In this document: one piece after another, positions 10,627 through 23,273 of the stretch
Position numbering within the stretch: position 1 is the first letter of the stretch
How the letters are laid out: the number at the start of each line of letters is the position of its first letter
Assembly: GCA_965153355.1 (NCBI GenBank)
Contig: OZ231126.1
Location: forward strand, 35,650,001 to 35,714,000
From: Flaccisagitta enflata
Taxonomy: Eukaryota
DNA: 64,000 nucleotides
Reading direction: 5' to 3'
Translations under genes and position numbers: made by a program
The notes under the pieces: generated by a model
The model's input: only the letters and a program-made list of their open reading frames with translations
What the model was told of the DNA's origin: nothing
Databases searched by the model: none

Positions 10627-13023
10627 CTAATTTGCTGGCTGAGAAGAAATAGGAGGAGGAATATTCCTAGATATATTTATAAACCATTTATTAAAATCTA
10701 GAGGAATAGCCCATCTTTGAAATTCTGAAATATACTTATTTACTGATTTACAAAATTCCCTTTTCAGCATTCCAAAATTATAACCTCTGCCCAATAAAGT
10801 ATCCAATAAAAATTTGACCCTCTCCTCAAAATCACTCTGATAATTACAAAGTCTCTGAAATCGGATGATCTGACCATAAAAAACTTTATAACAAATCCTT
10901 GAATATAAGTTACTCTCAAGAAAGGGCAGGGAGATAACATGGAATGGAAAAAGATCAGTCTTACAAAAAACCTTAGTAATAATATTTCCTCCTTCTATTT
11001 TCACCTGCATATCTAAAACATTTGCTGCATCTAACTGGTCATTCTCCTGAGTTAAGGATAAACTGGGAGGATAAATATCCTGAGAAATTGTCAAAAAGTT
11101 TCTTAAATTGATTGACGTGCAATCGTCTCGATATCTTCTGAAAAATTTTAAACTTTCCGCTTCATCTCTTGCCCCTGCTTTTACCCTGTTATCAATATAT
11201 TTGAATTCATCTACCATTAGAGAGCAATCTGAAAGCCAACCTGAACTCTTGCCGCCCATAATTACCCCCAAAGTTTGCTTAAAGATATGCCCAAAAGCCT
11301 TTATGTGGGTATTACGGATCAAATAATCAACCATCTCAAGAAATTCACCAACTGAATACACCAGTCCTTCGGAGTCGTTTGCAACCCACCAAGACTTCTC
11401 ATGACCAATCCTTAGAAATCCCATACCACAGTTCTTACTAAGCTTAGCAAGTAACCAATTAATATTAGACATCAGATGATCATGGTCAAAAAGGGTGTAT
11501 AAAGTTGAAAAATCATTGATCGAGATAGTATCAGCGACACCATATGCCAAACTAAACATATCCTTAACTTCAATACTAGTCTGAACATCAAAATAATAAC
11601 GTACACCCGAAAACTCCATATTCTTATTGCACAAATTCCTGAAATGTTCCTTACACATTTTCAAAACACTAGCTACAATCCTATCCAATTTTGAAGTGAC
11701 CGTGCTTACATTTCCCGCTATGTAACGCATCTTAGGTGGATTCTTATGAAATTTCGGAGTTTGATACAAAAGTGCCAGTTTTTCCTCCCTATTGTTGGGC
11801 TCAATCCTAAACTGCAAAAGATCCGTCTTAATTCTCGAAACTATCTCATTCTCTGTGTTTGGTGAAAAACTGTAAGTCTCATTCCCGGGGTTCTCATTAT
11901 TCAGTCCTAACTCTTCAGCCAATTTTAGAAAATAAAATTTCTTGCATGTGAAAGCAAAATTCCCAGCGGCCTTATCTACAACAGTGATAACATACCTATC
12001 CTGAAGCTTCGCTAACTCTGCCTTACATTCCTGACGTGTAAGCACTGGCTGGCTATAACTGGTACCTTCCTTACAAGCCATTAACTTATTACTGAAATTC
12101 CTGAAGAGAGCGCCCTTCCATTTTTTAAAAGCCGTCCGAGAAATTCTGAACTTACCTGACAGTTTCACAACAAAGCTGTCTATTTCCTTTTTCACCTGTG
12201 TCCTGATATTCTCAACGTTAAGATAAGGGTTCTCTCTAAACTTCGTACCAAAAGAGCAAATCCCACGTAGCTGAGGGTCACCAATGATTTCAAGATCACC
12301 AGTGATGATATGTCCAAAACGATCATGTTTAAAGGGCGAATCATCGCATGAACAGTCCATATTCTGGATATCAGCATAAGAAAGACTACCAGTATTTCTC
12401 AAAACTTTATTATAATTTAAAATCTTAGATCCAATAGTCTTTCCAAAGCTATAGATCAGCCGAATATCAACTTTCTCCTTTATGTCAGATGGCAGGTGTT
12501 TCTGCACATCTGAACAGTTGATGATCGAATTAAGATTCACATCACCCATAATCTTATGCAAGAATTTTGCATTCCAAGAAACAGATTCCCTCATACTCTT
12601 TGATGGTTTTACCTTTTGCAAAAAATCTACCCGGGACTTGATAACAAAGCGTAAATTCTCATTCAAAGTTGAAAAATGGGTCGACATGAAAAATCGTTCC
12701 AAATATCTCCTTTGAGTTGAGAAAACTATGTCCTCAATCCCGCGTAAACCAATTGCCTCAAAGAGCAGAGCCAATTCATTTCTGAAATTCAAAAAACTCT
12801 CATCAGTTATGCCACCTCTACGCTTTTTCCTATGCCTGCCATTCCTATGTTTACCTGAACCTTCCTGACAGATATTTACAACTTTATACATATTGTAATC
12901 AACATATCGACCATCCGTAACATTCCCATGCAGACCAAAACCGCTAATCTTATCATTCAATCCTAGAGGATGAGCAGTACGTAGATAGCTAATCCAAAAA
13001 AGTTCTCTTTCAACTCTTCTCTT
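10627..13023 (-). CDS. Naiad-type PLE polyprotein, 5'-truncated: end of GIY-YIG endonuclease, CxC linker, reverse transcriptase
   Basis: The frame stays open upstream of the listed 777-aa ORF, giving KRRVERELFWISYLRTAHPLGLND (GIY-YIG C-terminal E-x-x-W-I...P-x-G-L-N). It continues with DCSCDDSPFKHDRFGHIITGDL (CxC linker), DKAAGN, PKFHKNPPKMRYI, DFSTLY, GVIMGG, RYRDD, LDM and GQIIRF. No internal stop; ends in TAG. Confidence 0.9.
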   Translation of the reverse strand, partial: KRRVERELFWISYLRTAHPLGLNDKISGFGLHGNVTDGRYVDYNMYKVVNICQEGSGKHRNGRHRKKRRGGITDESFLNFRNELALLFEAIGLRGIEDIVFSTQRRYLERFFMSTHFSTLNENLRFVIKSRVDFLQKVKPSKSMRESVSWNAKFLHKIMGDVNLNSIINCSDVQKHLPSDIKEKVDIRLIYSFGKTIGSKILNYNKVLRNTGSLSYADIQNMDCSCDDSPFKHDRFGHIITGDLEIIGDPQLRGICSFGTKFRENPYLNVENIRTQVKKEIDSFVVKLSGKFRISRTAFKKWKGALFRNFSNKLMACKEGTSYSQPVLTRQECKAELAKLQDRYVITVVDKAAGNFAFTCKKFYFLKLAEELGLNNENPGNETYSFSPNTENEIVSRIKTDLLQFRIEPNNREEKLALLYQTPKFHKNPPKMRYIAGNVSTVTSKLDRIVASVLKMCKEHFRNLCNKNMEFSGVRYYFDVQTSIEVKDMFSLAYGVADTISINDFSTLYTLFDHDHLMSNINWLLAKLSKNCGMGFLRIGHEKSWWVANDSEGLVYSVGEFLEMVDYLIRNTHIKAFGHIFKQTLGVIMGGKSSGWLSDCSLMVDEFKYIDNRVKAGARDEAESLKFFRRYRDDCTSINLRNFLTISQDIYPPSLSLTQENDQLDAANVLDMQVKIEGGNIITKVFCKTDLFPFHVISLPFLESNLYSRICYKVFYGQIIRFQRLCNYQSDFEERVKFLLDTLLGRGYNFGMLKREFCKSVNKYISEFQRWAIPLDFNKWFINISRNIPPPISSQPAN

Positions 13024-13945
13024 TCTAGTCTCTTACATCTTGAAGTGTCCCCAACTATGAAATTGAACACTTGGCCACTATTTAAGTACCAAATTTTGGC
13101 CAAAAATACCTAAAAATAGCCATTTTTGGGTGTTTTTTGGGAGCCGTTTCTAAACGCCCCCGCGTAGGGCTCTAAAAATGTCACGGTTGGATTCCCCAGG
13201 TTTTTTTACACAAGATTGAGTCTTTTTTAGCCTCGTTACTCAATTTTTTTTTTTTTTTTTAACGTAGCCCAACTTGTGCATGTGGCGGAAAGTGACCAGT
13301 TTTCACTCGTATTTGATGTCTGGTCGATTGACATTTTCAAACATTTCGCTTGAATCTTTCGTAATCATTCCTCTCATTTTCGAATGAAGATGGATGAAAA
13401 CGAAATGCTGCTTGCATCACCAACACTTTTTTTGCCATCCTCCACTCTTTCAAATCTGTAATTGGAAATAAAAGGGTACTACTGCCTGGATTAAAAAAAG
13501 AAAGATGAAAATTTCTTTCTGATTTAGACAAATCAAGTTTCCGGTTTCTTAAATTGCAGACCCAGAGAAAAAGAAATAAAGATTAGAAACGTGGATTGAG
13601 GAAAACGTTTTTAGCTACCGGGCAAATAATAAAAACTTTCAAAATCTGGTTTTTGAGAAGACGGCACTTAGACGCGATGTGTCTAACGGAAAACTCGCTC
13701 CTGGTCTAGAAATTTCAAAACTCGAAAATTCAAAAAAAGGTGATCCACAAGAAAAGAATGTCGCGAAGAAAGAAAGGAAAGAATAACAAAGGAAGTTGAT
13801 TTATTCTTTTTGTCCTATCATTTCCGATGCGTTCCTTTTCAACAATCAAAAAAATCGGAAGAAAAACATTTTCATTTATCATAAACAACATTCATGATAA
13901 AATCTAATAACATTCATTATAAAATCTACAAATAACTTGTCAAGA

Positions 13946-14177
13946 ATGAAGATGGCATCTCGTCTTTTTGAGAGAGGCGTTCTCCAGAACGTCTCTTTGA
14001 TGACTGTTTTAATGATTTTTCTTGCCATTAATGGACAATCCTCGGCGCTGAACCACTCCGTTAACAAATGCATCGATTCCAACGCACCGGACAGTTTTCT
14101 ACTCAATTGCTCTCATGGAGCCGTTATCAGTATCGACTCAGTCTCAGCCATTTATCTGTATACGGACGTGCAAAAAG
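13946..14177 (+). CDS. SUEL-lectin/Ig/Ig transmembrane receptor, coding exon 1 (signal peptide and start of SUEL domain)
   Basis: MKMASRL...SLMTVLMIFLAINGQSSA hydrophobic leader, then LLNCSHGAVISIDSV. Donor G|GTAAT, phase 1. Confidence 0.8.
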
Positions 14178-14282
14178 GTAATCTGAGTTGAAACAACTTT
14201 ACAAAAGGAGGCCACAACTCCCCAATATTTAAAGAATAGTCTCGCAAGCTTTCCGAGCTTTCCGAGTTGCTCACGCCCATTC

Positions 14283-14589
14283 TTTTTAGATGCGTCCGTC
14301 AGGAACGCATCTCTATAAGAGGGTCTGTCCGTCCCTCCGTCGGTCCGTCCGTCGGTCCGTCCGTCGGTCCGTCCGTCCGTAACGCCTGTGCGAAAACCGC
14401 GTTTCTCGGCTGAAATAGGCCACGGTGAGATCCTGCACTGAATCTAATGATCAACAAACGTGTTTTGAGAGCCTCCACTTTTCTGTCGCTTCATCTGTCT
14501 GTCCATCGTTATGTCCATACATCTGACATATTTAGTCAATACACGCAGAGACACAGTCCGGACGCATCGTTGCCCGGTCGGGCTTGTTT
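14283..14589 (+). mobile_element. Helentron/DINE-1-like non-autonomous element (HINE)
   Basis: T-run start, AGATGCGT..ACGCATCT inverted repeat, (GTCC/GTCG)n tract, subterminal GACGCATC and a ...GGGCTTGTTT end. A related copy lies on the minus strand at 34651-34929. Confidence 0.65.
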
Positions 14590-15559
14590 ATGGACAAACG
14601 AAATGCCTACCTGACTGAACTATCTGCTTGACTGCATACCTCATTAGTATAGGCTCATCCTGTTTTGTCTGAGATGTACCTCATATTTAAAGTATAGGGT
14701 GGACTGGCCGATATAGCTATACCATCAAGTATGCATAAAATATTTTACCAATGTTATAATCAAAGACTACGTGTGCACAATCAAAGGACCACCTTAAAGA
14801 AACTCTTTCATAGAGCGCTTTTTGAAAAAAATCAAATTTTTGTTTTATATGATGTATTTGCATCATGTCTAATGATCCTTTGGCATCATATGACATTGGA
14901 CAACATTACATTGCAACCCAAAAAAAACTAAGACAAGGACAAAAGCCTGTGGAGCGTTAACTGGTGTTTAATGCGCACCCATCACAACTATTCTTAGAAT
15001 TATCAAAAATTCCACTTCAACCCTTATCAAAGAGCGGCTCAACAGATACAAATCATGAGCATGAAAAACCTATGATTTTAGGCTATTTATGAACTGTGCA
15101 AGTGACAAGAAAGAGTACCAGATTTGTGTGCTGAATTGTGCCCCCACATTCCTCACACCTTTCTGATCTTCCCATTGTAAAATGCTCATAACATCCATAG
15201 CTTTAAATCAAGATTTTTCTCACCAATTGAGAATAATCCACCAAGTTGTAAACTCTTAGTCAACAGATACAAATTAAGAGCAAGAAAAACCTATATATGT
15301 ATCATATTTGCATCATATGTAGCACACTGGCTTCATATGATGCACTAGCATCATAAGCTAATGCATCATATAATGTATGATGCTAGTGCATCATATGATG
15401 CAAATGCATCATGTTCAACTAAAATGTCATTGTTTTCAAAAAGCGCCCTATGAATGATTTTCTTCTGAATGGTTATTGAATTATACAAACATGAGTTTGA
15501 CATAACTGCAAAAAGACCTAGAGTAATGTCATTCTCATCCTGAATGGTCCCTTAGACAG

Positions 15560-15780
<221 letters not shown>

Positions 15781-15878
15781 AACCCAGTGACACAGACAGG
15801 GTCAAAGGATCTAAACCTGTAGGGAAGAAACAAGCAAATTTGTGGCTGTGCATACTAACGTAGTGATGTGCAGCCCCC

Positions 15879-17193
15879 TTTTTGGGCAGCGGCCCAAAAG
15901 GGGCCGATGAGTATGCTTTCACACAGGGGAAATTTCTCCTCCTCCTTCTTCTCTGTCCACCCCCCTCAAAACTCAAATTCTAGCCTTGAGGCTCAAATTC
16001 TAGCCTTGAGGCCCAAATTCTAGCCTTGAGGCCCGAATTCTAGCCTTGAGGCCCGAATTCTAGCCTGGAGGCCAAAATTCTAGCCTCAAAGCCCAAATTT
16101 CAGCCTTAGAGCCTAAATTTCAGCCTCGAGGCTAAATTTCTAGCTGGCCCAAATTCTAGCCTCAAGGCCCAAATTCAAGTCTTGAGGCCCAAATTCTAGC
16201 CTCAAAGCCCAAATTTTAACCTCAAGGCTCAAATTCCAACCTCTAGGCTCAAATTCTAACCTTGAAGCCCACATCCTAGTCTTGAGGCTCACATCCCAGC
16301 TTTGACGCTCAAACCCCAGCCTCAAGGCTTAAGTAACAGCTTAAAGGCTCAAATCACAGCCTTGTGACTCAAACCACAGCACTATGGTCTGAGAGCACAC
16401 CACCTCAGGACAAGAAAAATTACGGCAGCACTTTGGACCTATATTATAGGAAAAAACTGGTACAGTCGCTTACTGAAAGCAAGAAAATATATGGTTTTAC
16501 CTCCGCCCTAGCTCATCCAAAGCCTCATTTTCCTCCTTGAAGTTAACTACTTTGCTCAAAATTAAATGTTGCAAAAAATGTTTTTTTGGTTTCATTTGTT
16601 ACTTTTCTAGACTTCAAAAATGATACTAAGAATATAAAGGAAGACACAAACTTTTTGAAAAAGCTTCAGGGTGGACTGAACACGACTTGTGTAAAATTTG
16701 GTAACCTTGCTCCCAGATTTGAAGGACCTATAAAAAAAACCCCGCAAATTTGCAAACTAAAATGAAAAAGTTTTTGTCAATTTTCGCGCCTTCAAAATAG
16801 TCAACCTAATGACTTCCTGAGCAAAAAAATGTCCTTAGATGAATCAGGGCGGGGGTAAAACCCTATATAGATGTGATCTAAACATACTAGGGGACATTTG
16901 TATACCATAGCTATCATCCCTAGGTACTGCCTTATAGTTTTGTCTTGGTATGATATGCTCACGGATCTATGTGCACAGCCTTTAGGCTCAAATCAAAGCC
17001 TAACGGCGCAAATTACAGTTTTGAGTCTCAAATCACAACTCAAAGCGCAGATCACAGGCTCACGGCTCAAAACTTACTAAGCATAGGTCATCTGCCCCTT
17101 TGGGGCCGCTGCCCCTCTCACCATCACACATCCACATATACTTAAATAGGGGCAACGGGTACCGCTGACCATCTAACGCTTATGCGACTATTT
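15879..17193 (+). mobile_element. HINE-like element (GGGCAGCGGCCC family) with internal 20-bp minisatellite and nested MITEs
   Basis: Inverted GGGCAGCGGCCC(C)AAAGGGG..ATGCT ends and (TAGCCTTGAGGCCCAAATTC)n at ~15980-16380. A nested TA-flanked TIR element lies at 16492-16863. Relatives occur at 39510-39998 and 48128-48616. Confidence 0.6.
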
Positions 17194-17665
17194 CTATTAG
17201 TAGGGAAGTAATCATTACGCTACTTTCCGAAGACGCCAGCAAAAATGCAATGTCAGAATATGATAACCCGCTTAATAGGCGGCCCAAGACTAATTCATAG
17301 TCCAATATTACACTAGCTTAGTTTTATATTGTCAATTTTTGCTATTATCATGGTATGATACTTTTTAACTTTTTTTCAATTGTGTTAAAAACTCGAGTTT
17401 TGACCAAGTTTGCTACACTGGGTCACTGTGGCCAAACTAAGCCGCCGTGAGTTAACGTCGACAACTCGGTATATCTCTGAGGTTTGCTGAATTCAAATCT
17501 CTTTTCATTTTTTGTGTGCGATGACGCCCTAACACGCCATGAAAAAAAGAAATGGCATATGTTTTTACATAGAAATGATAAGAAACTTCCCCGAATCTGT
17601 TTCTTTTAGAGTAAATAATGTTACTGATTGGCTGGAAATGCGACAGACACGTCAACAAACATATC

Positions 17666-18642
17666 TAACTATGGCAAAAAAAAAAACCGAACAACTTTTG
17701 AGAGAGCAAAAAAGTATGAAGATGTTGACCAATTTGCATAAAATTTACAGTGAATGATAACCATGATGTGGACTATGTCTGGTTAAAATTTCATCAAAAT
17801 CCGTTGAAAACTTTAGCCGTTATAACGTTTTTACTGAAGTCACCTCTTTTTTGGACTGCCAGAGATGACGTTTATCCTAAATCAAAATAATGCCTTTTTT
17901 AGTAAAATTGGCATTGTGCAAAAAGTTTTGGGAGTTTTGTCATGATTTTTGAACTGTAGTCTGATGGTAATATTTACTAATACTAGGCAAAATTCGCATC
18001 TACTCAGATAAAGTCTAGTGGGGTAGATAATGGTTGATTGTAAGCTTGCTCAGGATAAGAAATATTCTGCTACCTGTTAGAATATTTTTGCAATTTGGGG
18101 GACTAAAAATGCTTCAATCTTCACAAAAATTTTACTGGAGATGAATCATATGTACAAAAGTTCCCAGTTAAAAACTCATGATAATTGGTAGAAAACTCTG
18201 GCCGTAGCATCGATTTATATTTCAGATTTCATCTTCATTTACTTCATTCTAAAAACCACAAAAAAAGTTATAGAAAACATGCTGTTCCTGCTAAAATAAT
18301 CGGAGTTTTGTAATGAAATTTTTATCACAGCCTGCTAACAATGTGGTCTACTTCCAGTTCAAATTTCATCAAAATCGGACTAGATTTAGTATGGTTTTTT
18401 TAAGTTTGTTTATTCATTCTTAGTAAATTCTTATGTGCGTACATTGAATTTCTGATCTTTTGACAAGCACTTTTTAAAATTCTATAATTCTCAAACTATT
18501 TAAAGCAGGTCATTGATTTTTTCAGTGATGCTTAATGATACTAAAAGGTAACTTCAGTAAAAATTTCAGCACACTGGGTGAATTTTCAAAGGATTTATGA
18601 GCAAAAGAAGTAACTGTTCGGTTTTTTTTTTTGCCATAGTTA
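17666..18642. mobile_element. MITE with TIR (TA)ACTATGGCAAAAAAAAAAACCGAACA
   Basis: Inverted termini read directly; same terminal motif as 4128-5345. Confidence 0.65.
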
Positions 18643-19183
18643 TAAAGAGATATTTATTATAATTCACAAACATCTCGAATCCTATCATGTAATATATCAA
18701 ACGGAAGCTAAATCAATTTTCATTCTGATAATGAAATAACGCATTAGTTTTGAACATAGACAATTTCTTGGTTTACCTTTCTACTATTAGGTAAAGTCTA
18801 ACCAAAATTGGGCTGAGTTGGTGGTCCCGATCAATGCCAGGAGACCGCTCTAACAATAGCCTTCCCCTAAAATGAATTTTTATTTTATGAAATACACTGA
18901 AAATATATCAAGATAGAAAAAATATGATACATTAAGTAAAAAGTATACACCTAAGAAATTTTGATAGTGTTTCAAAAACCATATTTTAAGGTGTATATGT
19001 GTATGTAATGGAAGCTTACACTATATAAATGTCCATGTTCTTTTCAATTTTTCCTCAGATGTTTATGTATTGATTTTGGTAATTTTATGAGTTTTTTAGG
19101 ATGAATTGTTGCACATGTCACAGCTTGAAAATTGTATTCACGATGCACGTTGCTCCTCAGCACACACATTTGTGGGTATGCAT

Positions 19184-21455
19184 TACGTCCCATGAAGCGC
19201 CCCAAACTTCGACACTAACTCTCACCAATCTTACCATAGTTGAGGCTTGGTAAAAAAATATTCCATGTAAAATTTCAGGCCTCTGGAACAGCAGGAACCT
19301 TTGTTAGGGTGACTATGAAGTTTCCATAGAAATCTATGGTAGAGACAAAATTTGCATAATAGAAATATTGATTCCAATGCTAATTTAATACAAACTTCAG
19401 CATCACCCTAACAAAGGTTCCTGCTATCTCAGAGGCCCAAAATTTTGCATGGAATATTTTTAGTCGCGTGCACGCGACTCTACAACCCGCTCTGTCGGTC
19501 GGTCGGTCGGTCCGTCGGTCGGTCGGTCGGTCGGTAACAATTTGCTTTTTTGTGTCGTTTTTGGTCATTTTTGGTTGCTTTTAGTCATTTTTGGTCATTT
19601 TTGGTTGCTTTCAGTCATTTTTGGTCATTTTTGGTCATTTTGGTCATTTTGGTCATTTTGGTCATTTTGGTCATTTTGGTCATTTTTGGTCATTTTTGGT
19701 CATTTGTGATCATTCATAATCATTTTTAATCATTTCTAATCATTTTTAATCATTTTTGATCATTTTTGGTCATTTTTGGTCATTTTGATCATTTTCGTCA
19801 TTTTGGCCATTTTGGTCATTTTGGTCATTTTTGGTCATTTTTGATCATTTTTGATCATTTTTTGATTATTTTGGGTCATTTCAGTTTATTTTTGATCATT
19901 TTTTTTGTCATTTTTGGTCATTTTTGGTCATTTTGGTCATATTGGTCATTTTGGTCATTTTTGATCAATTTTGGTCATATTTAATCATTTTTGGTCATTT
20001 TTGGTCATTTTTGGTCATTTTGGGTCATTTTGGGTCGTTTGGGTCATTTTGTGTCATTTTTGGATATTTCTGGCTATTTTTGATCATTTTTTGTCATTTT
20101 TGATCTTTTTTGATCATTTTTGGGCATTTTGGTCATTTTGGTCATTATTGGTCATTTTTGGTCATTTTTGGTCATTTTTGGTCATTTTTGGACTTTTCAG
20201 GTCATTTGAGGTCATTTTAGGTCATTTTAGGTCACTTTGATCATTTTTGGTCATTTTTGGTCATTTTTGGTCATTTTTGGTCATTTTTGGTCGTTTTTGT
20301 TCATTTTTGTCATTTTTGGTCATTTTTGGTCATTTTTGGTCATTTTTGGTCATTTTTGGACATTTTTGTTCATTTTTGGTCATTTTGGTCATTTTTGGTC
20401 ATTTTTGATCATCTTTGGTCATCTTTGGTCATTTTGGCCATATTGGTCATTTTTGGTCATCTTTGGTCATCTTTGGTCATTTTGGTCATTTTGGTCATTT
20501 TGGTCATTTTTGGTCATTTTTGGTCATTTTTGGTCATTTTGGTTAAAGTCTGCTGGTTAAAGTCTGCTGGTTAAATCTGCTGGTTGAAGTCTGCTGGTTT
20601 AAATCTAATGGTTTAAGTCTGCAGGTCTAATGGTTTAAGTCTGCTGGTTTAAGTCTGCTGGTTAAAATGATATTGAAGATAAGTATGGTTTAAGTCTGGT
20701 TTAAGTCTGGTTTAAGTATGGTTTAAGTCTGGTTTAAGTCTGGTTTAAGTCTGGTTTAAGACTGGTTCATGTCTGATTTATGTCTGGTTTAGGTCTGGGT
20801 TAGGTCTGGTGTATGTCTGGTTTGTGTCTGGTTTTTGTTTGATTTAGGTCTGATTTAGGTCTGATTTAGGTCTGGTTTTGGTCTGGTTTTGGTCTGGTTT
20901 GAGTCTGGTTTGAGTCTGGTTTGAGTCTGGTTTGAGTCTGGTTTGAGTCTGGTTTGAGTCTGGTTTGAGTGGTTTGAGTCTGGTTTGAGTCTGGTTTGAT
21001 TCTAGTTTGAGCCTGGTTTGAGCCTGGTTTGAGCCTGGTTTCGGTCTGGTTTAAGTCTGGTTTGAATCTGGTTTGAGTCTGGTTTGAGTCTGGTTTGAGT
21101 CTGGTTTGAGTCTGGTTTGAGTCTAGTTTGAGTCTGGTTTCAGTCTGGCTTAAATCTGGTTTATGTCTGGTTTATGTCTGATTTAGGTCTGGTTTCGGTC
21201 TGGTTTAATTCCGGTTTGAGTCTGGTTTGAGTCTGGTTTGAGTCTGGTTTGAGTCTGGTTTGGGTCTGGTTTGGGTCTGTTTTGGGTTGCTTTTAAGTCT
21301 GATTTTCGATAAAAAGATACAATAAGGAGTCAGGTCAGTTCAGTTATTTTTGTCCTGCACGCGACTTATAGGTGTTGGCCTTGTTTTACCAAGCCTCAAC
21401 TATGGTAAGATTGGTGAGAGCCATAGTCCAAGTTAGGGGCGCTTCAAGGGACATA
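19184..21455. mobile_element. Palindromic MITE split by a HINE insertion
   Basis: 19184-19460 plus 21386-21455 form an inverted-repeat element. A copy lacking the insertion lies at ~37043-37336. Confidence 0.7.
19461..21385 (+). mobile_element. HINE/DINE-like element with expanded internal satellites
   Basis: Starts AGTCGCGTGCACGCGACT plus (GTCG)n and ends GCACGCGACTTATAGGTGTTGGCCTTGTT, inserted in a T-run. Internal (GGTCATTTTT)n at ~19555-20545 and (GTCTGGTTTRA)n-type repeats at ~20545-21300. Confidence 0.75.
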
Positions 21456-21726
21456 TTGACGCACAACATGTCGTCAGCAGGGTGATCACATTTTCCTCAT
21501 CAAACTTCTCGATCAATCTCAATTATTCTTTTCGATGATTTCATCGTAACTTTATTTAAAAAAAAAATAAAAAATAATGACTTTCGAGAGCTCCGAAGTA
21601 TATCAAAACCGGTTCTGTTAAAGGCTGTCTTTATGCAGAAGAGAATGGAATTTAGTAAATTTATGAGGTTTTCAGGTGTACCAAAGGTTAATTAAAATTA
21701 TCCCCCGATCAGCGAGTGATTTTCTA

Positions 21727-22158
21727 CTCTCTTTTTTTTTATAAGAACGTCATTTTTTTTTCGAAGGCTTCATGTTCTTATTTTCAAAGCCAAATGAAGC
21801 CCTCAATGTTCTTAGAGCGTTCTTAATTTTAAATATTATATAAACTATAGAAAACTTTATAATATACTATTACTCAATTATACTAAATATATTTCTATTA
21901 AATACTGTGAAATCAAATGCCAATCATTAAAGTCTGAAGATGTTTTTATGAAATATCAATTATGAAATATCAATTTATACAATATCATCTTGATTTTACT
22001 GAAATTCAAGTTTTTTTGTAATGTTTTTCAAATATCATCGTAAAAGAAATTTTTCTTAAGATTAGAAGCCTTTGTATGTTCTTCAGATGTTCTTAATTTT
22101 GAAGCTCTGTGGAGCCTTGATGTTCTTATAAACTAGGTTCTTATAAAAAAAAAGAGTG
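21727..22158. mobile_element. TA-flanked MITE
   Basis: CTCTCTTTTTTTTTATAAGAAC versus GTTCTTATAAAAAAAAAGAGTG, with TA on both sides. Confidence 0.6.
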
Positions 22159-22335
22159 TAGTTTGACATTGTAATGGTTTTGGTAGAGGAAAGCAGTTAC
22201 TCTTATCCTCCTAAGACCTCCTCAGTCACTTTTCTAATGTTCATTTTTTGTTAGAAGTTCATTTTCGTTAGTTGGAAAAAAAAATATAGCCAAAAATACG
22301 GGTAAAATCGAAAAGTATTGCTCGATAGACCAACG

Positions 22336-23273
22336 CACTAAGGGCCACGGATTGCGCTAGATGGCTCCTTGGGTACATGGGTGAAAATTTTCATCTCTGC
22401 TATATGGCTCAAACTAAGTAGCATGGTTATGGTAGCATTTGAGCATATATTACTGGTCCATTTGACAGGTTCGATAGCAATTTAGGGTCAAAAAAGGCGA
22501 CCTAAATGGACATTACTACAAAAAATACTAAATTTAGAGAAAAATTAATGAATTTTTTTTATTATCTGTTACGATTACGAAAAGCTCATGATATTTTCAA
22601 TATTGGATTGGATTCCTTCATTAATGTCTAAATGTCTGGAAAAATTTAAAAAATCATTATTTTTTACATTTTTAGCACTATAAAATTAGTCTACTATTAC
22701 TACATGTTTGACCTAATTTGCATGCTTTTATTACCCTATAAATATAAAAAATCGCACAAGGACGCACAATGAGCAACCTATGCCAAAATGTAGTTCAAGG
22801 GGTTCTGAATCCAGAATGCTATGGCTCAAGCGGGCCTTTGACGTCCAAATTGTGATTTTTTGGGCCTAAAATGGACAAGTAATAATGTGGATAAAAGTAG
22901 AAATCTATATTTGATTGGAAAAAAAAATGAGCAAAATGAGCTAAATGAGCAAAAAAATGATTTTTTTTGTGCACCTTGTTAAGGAACCTTATTGAACAAA
23001 GACAAAAATTTGATTGATTTGGTCAAAACATTAGACAATTTAAATATTAAATGTAAGAGAGTTTAGCAACATTTCTCTTCTTATGTACTCTAAGCTCATA
23101 AAGCTGTTAATCCAATAGAAATGTGTCAATATTGGATATAGATAGTTTCATAACATCTGAGAATATGCAGAAAAAATTTTTTCACTCTGTATATTTCATA
23201 AGGAACAATATAATGGAAAAGATGTAATGTTAACCCCTAATGAGCCACCTAGCGCACAATGCAGCCCACAGTG
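22336..23273. mobile_element. Transib-like non-autonomous DNA transposon
   Basis: CAC...GTG termini with imperfect ~40-bp TIRs and a 5-bp direct repeat CAACG on both flanks (22331-22335, 23274-23278). Confidence 0.7.

Larger units (their letters stand above)
9625..13024 (-). mobile_element. 5'-truncated Penelope-like retroelement, Naiad-type (N-terminal GIY-YIG, CxC linker, RT)
   Basis: Removing 9625-13024 restores CTTGTTTTA|CTAGTCTCTTAC, the exact reverse complement of the left-arm sequence at ~6646-6667. The insert contains the RT ORF and a structured 3' region. Confidence 0.88.
6392..13289. mobile_element. Foldback-like non-autonomous element with long modular inverted arms, interrupted by a Penelope-like element
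   Basis: The termini TCCGCCACATGCACAAGTTGAGCTA and TAGCCCAACTTGTGCATGTGGCGGA are inverted. Arms are built of ~500-525-bp tandem units (marker GGGACACTTCAAGATGTAAGAGACT at ~6630, ~7154, ~7665; reverse at ~8619, ~9110, ~13027). No clear TSD. Confidence 0.8.

Noticed and set aside
11120-11140. YRDD rather than YIDD at RT motif C
   Set aside because: The catalytic aspartates are intact and I recall this variant in other PLE RTs, so it is not treated as novel.
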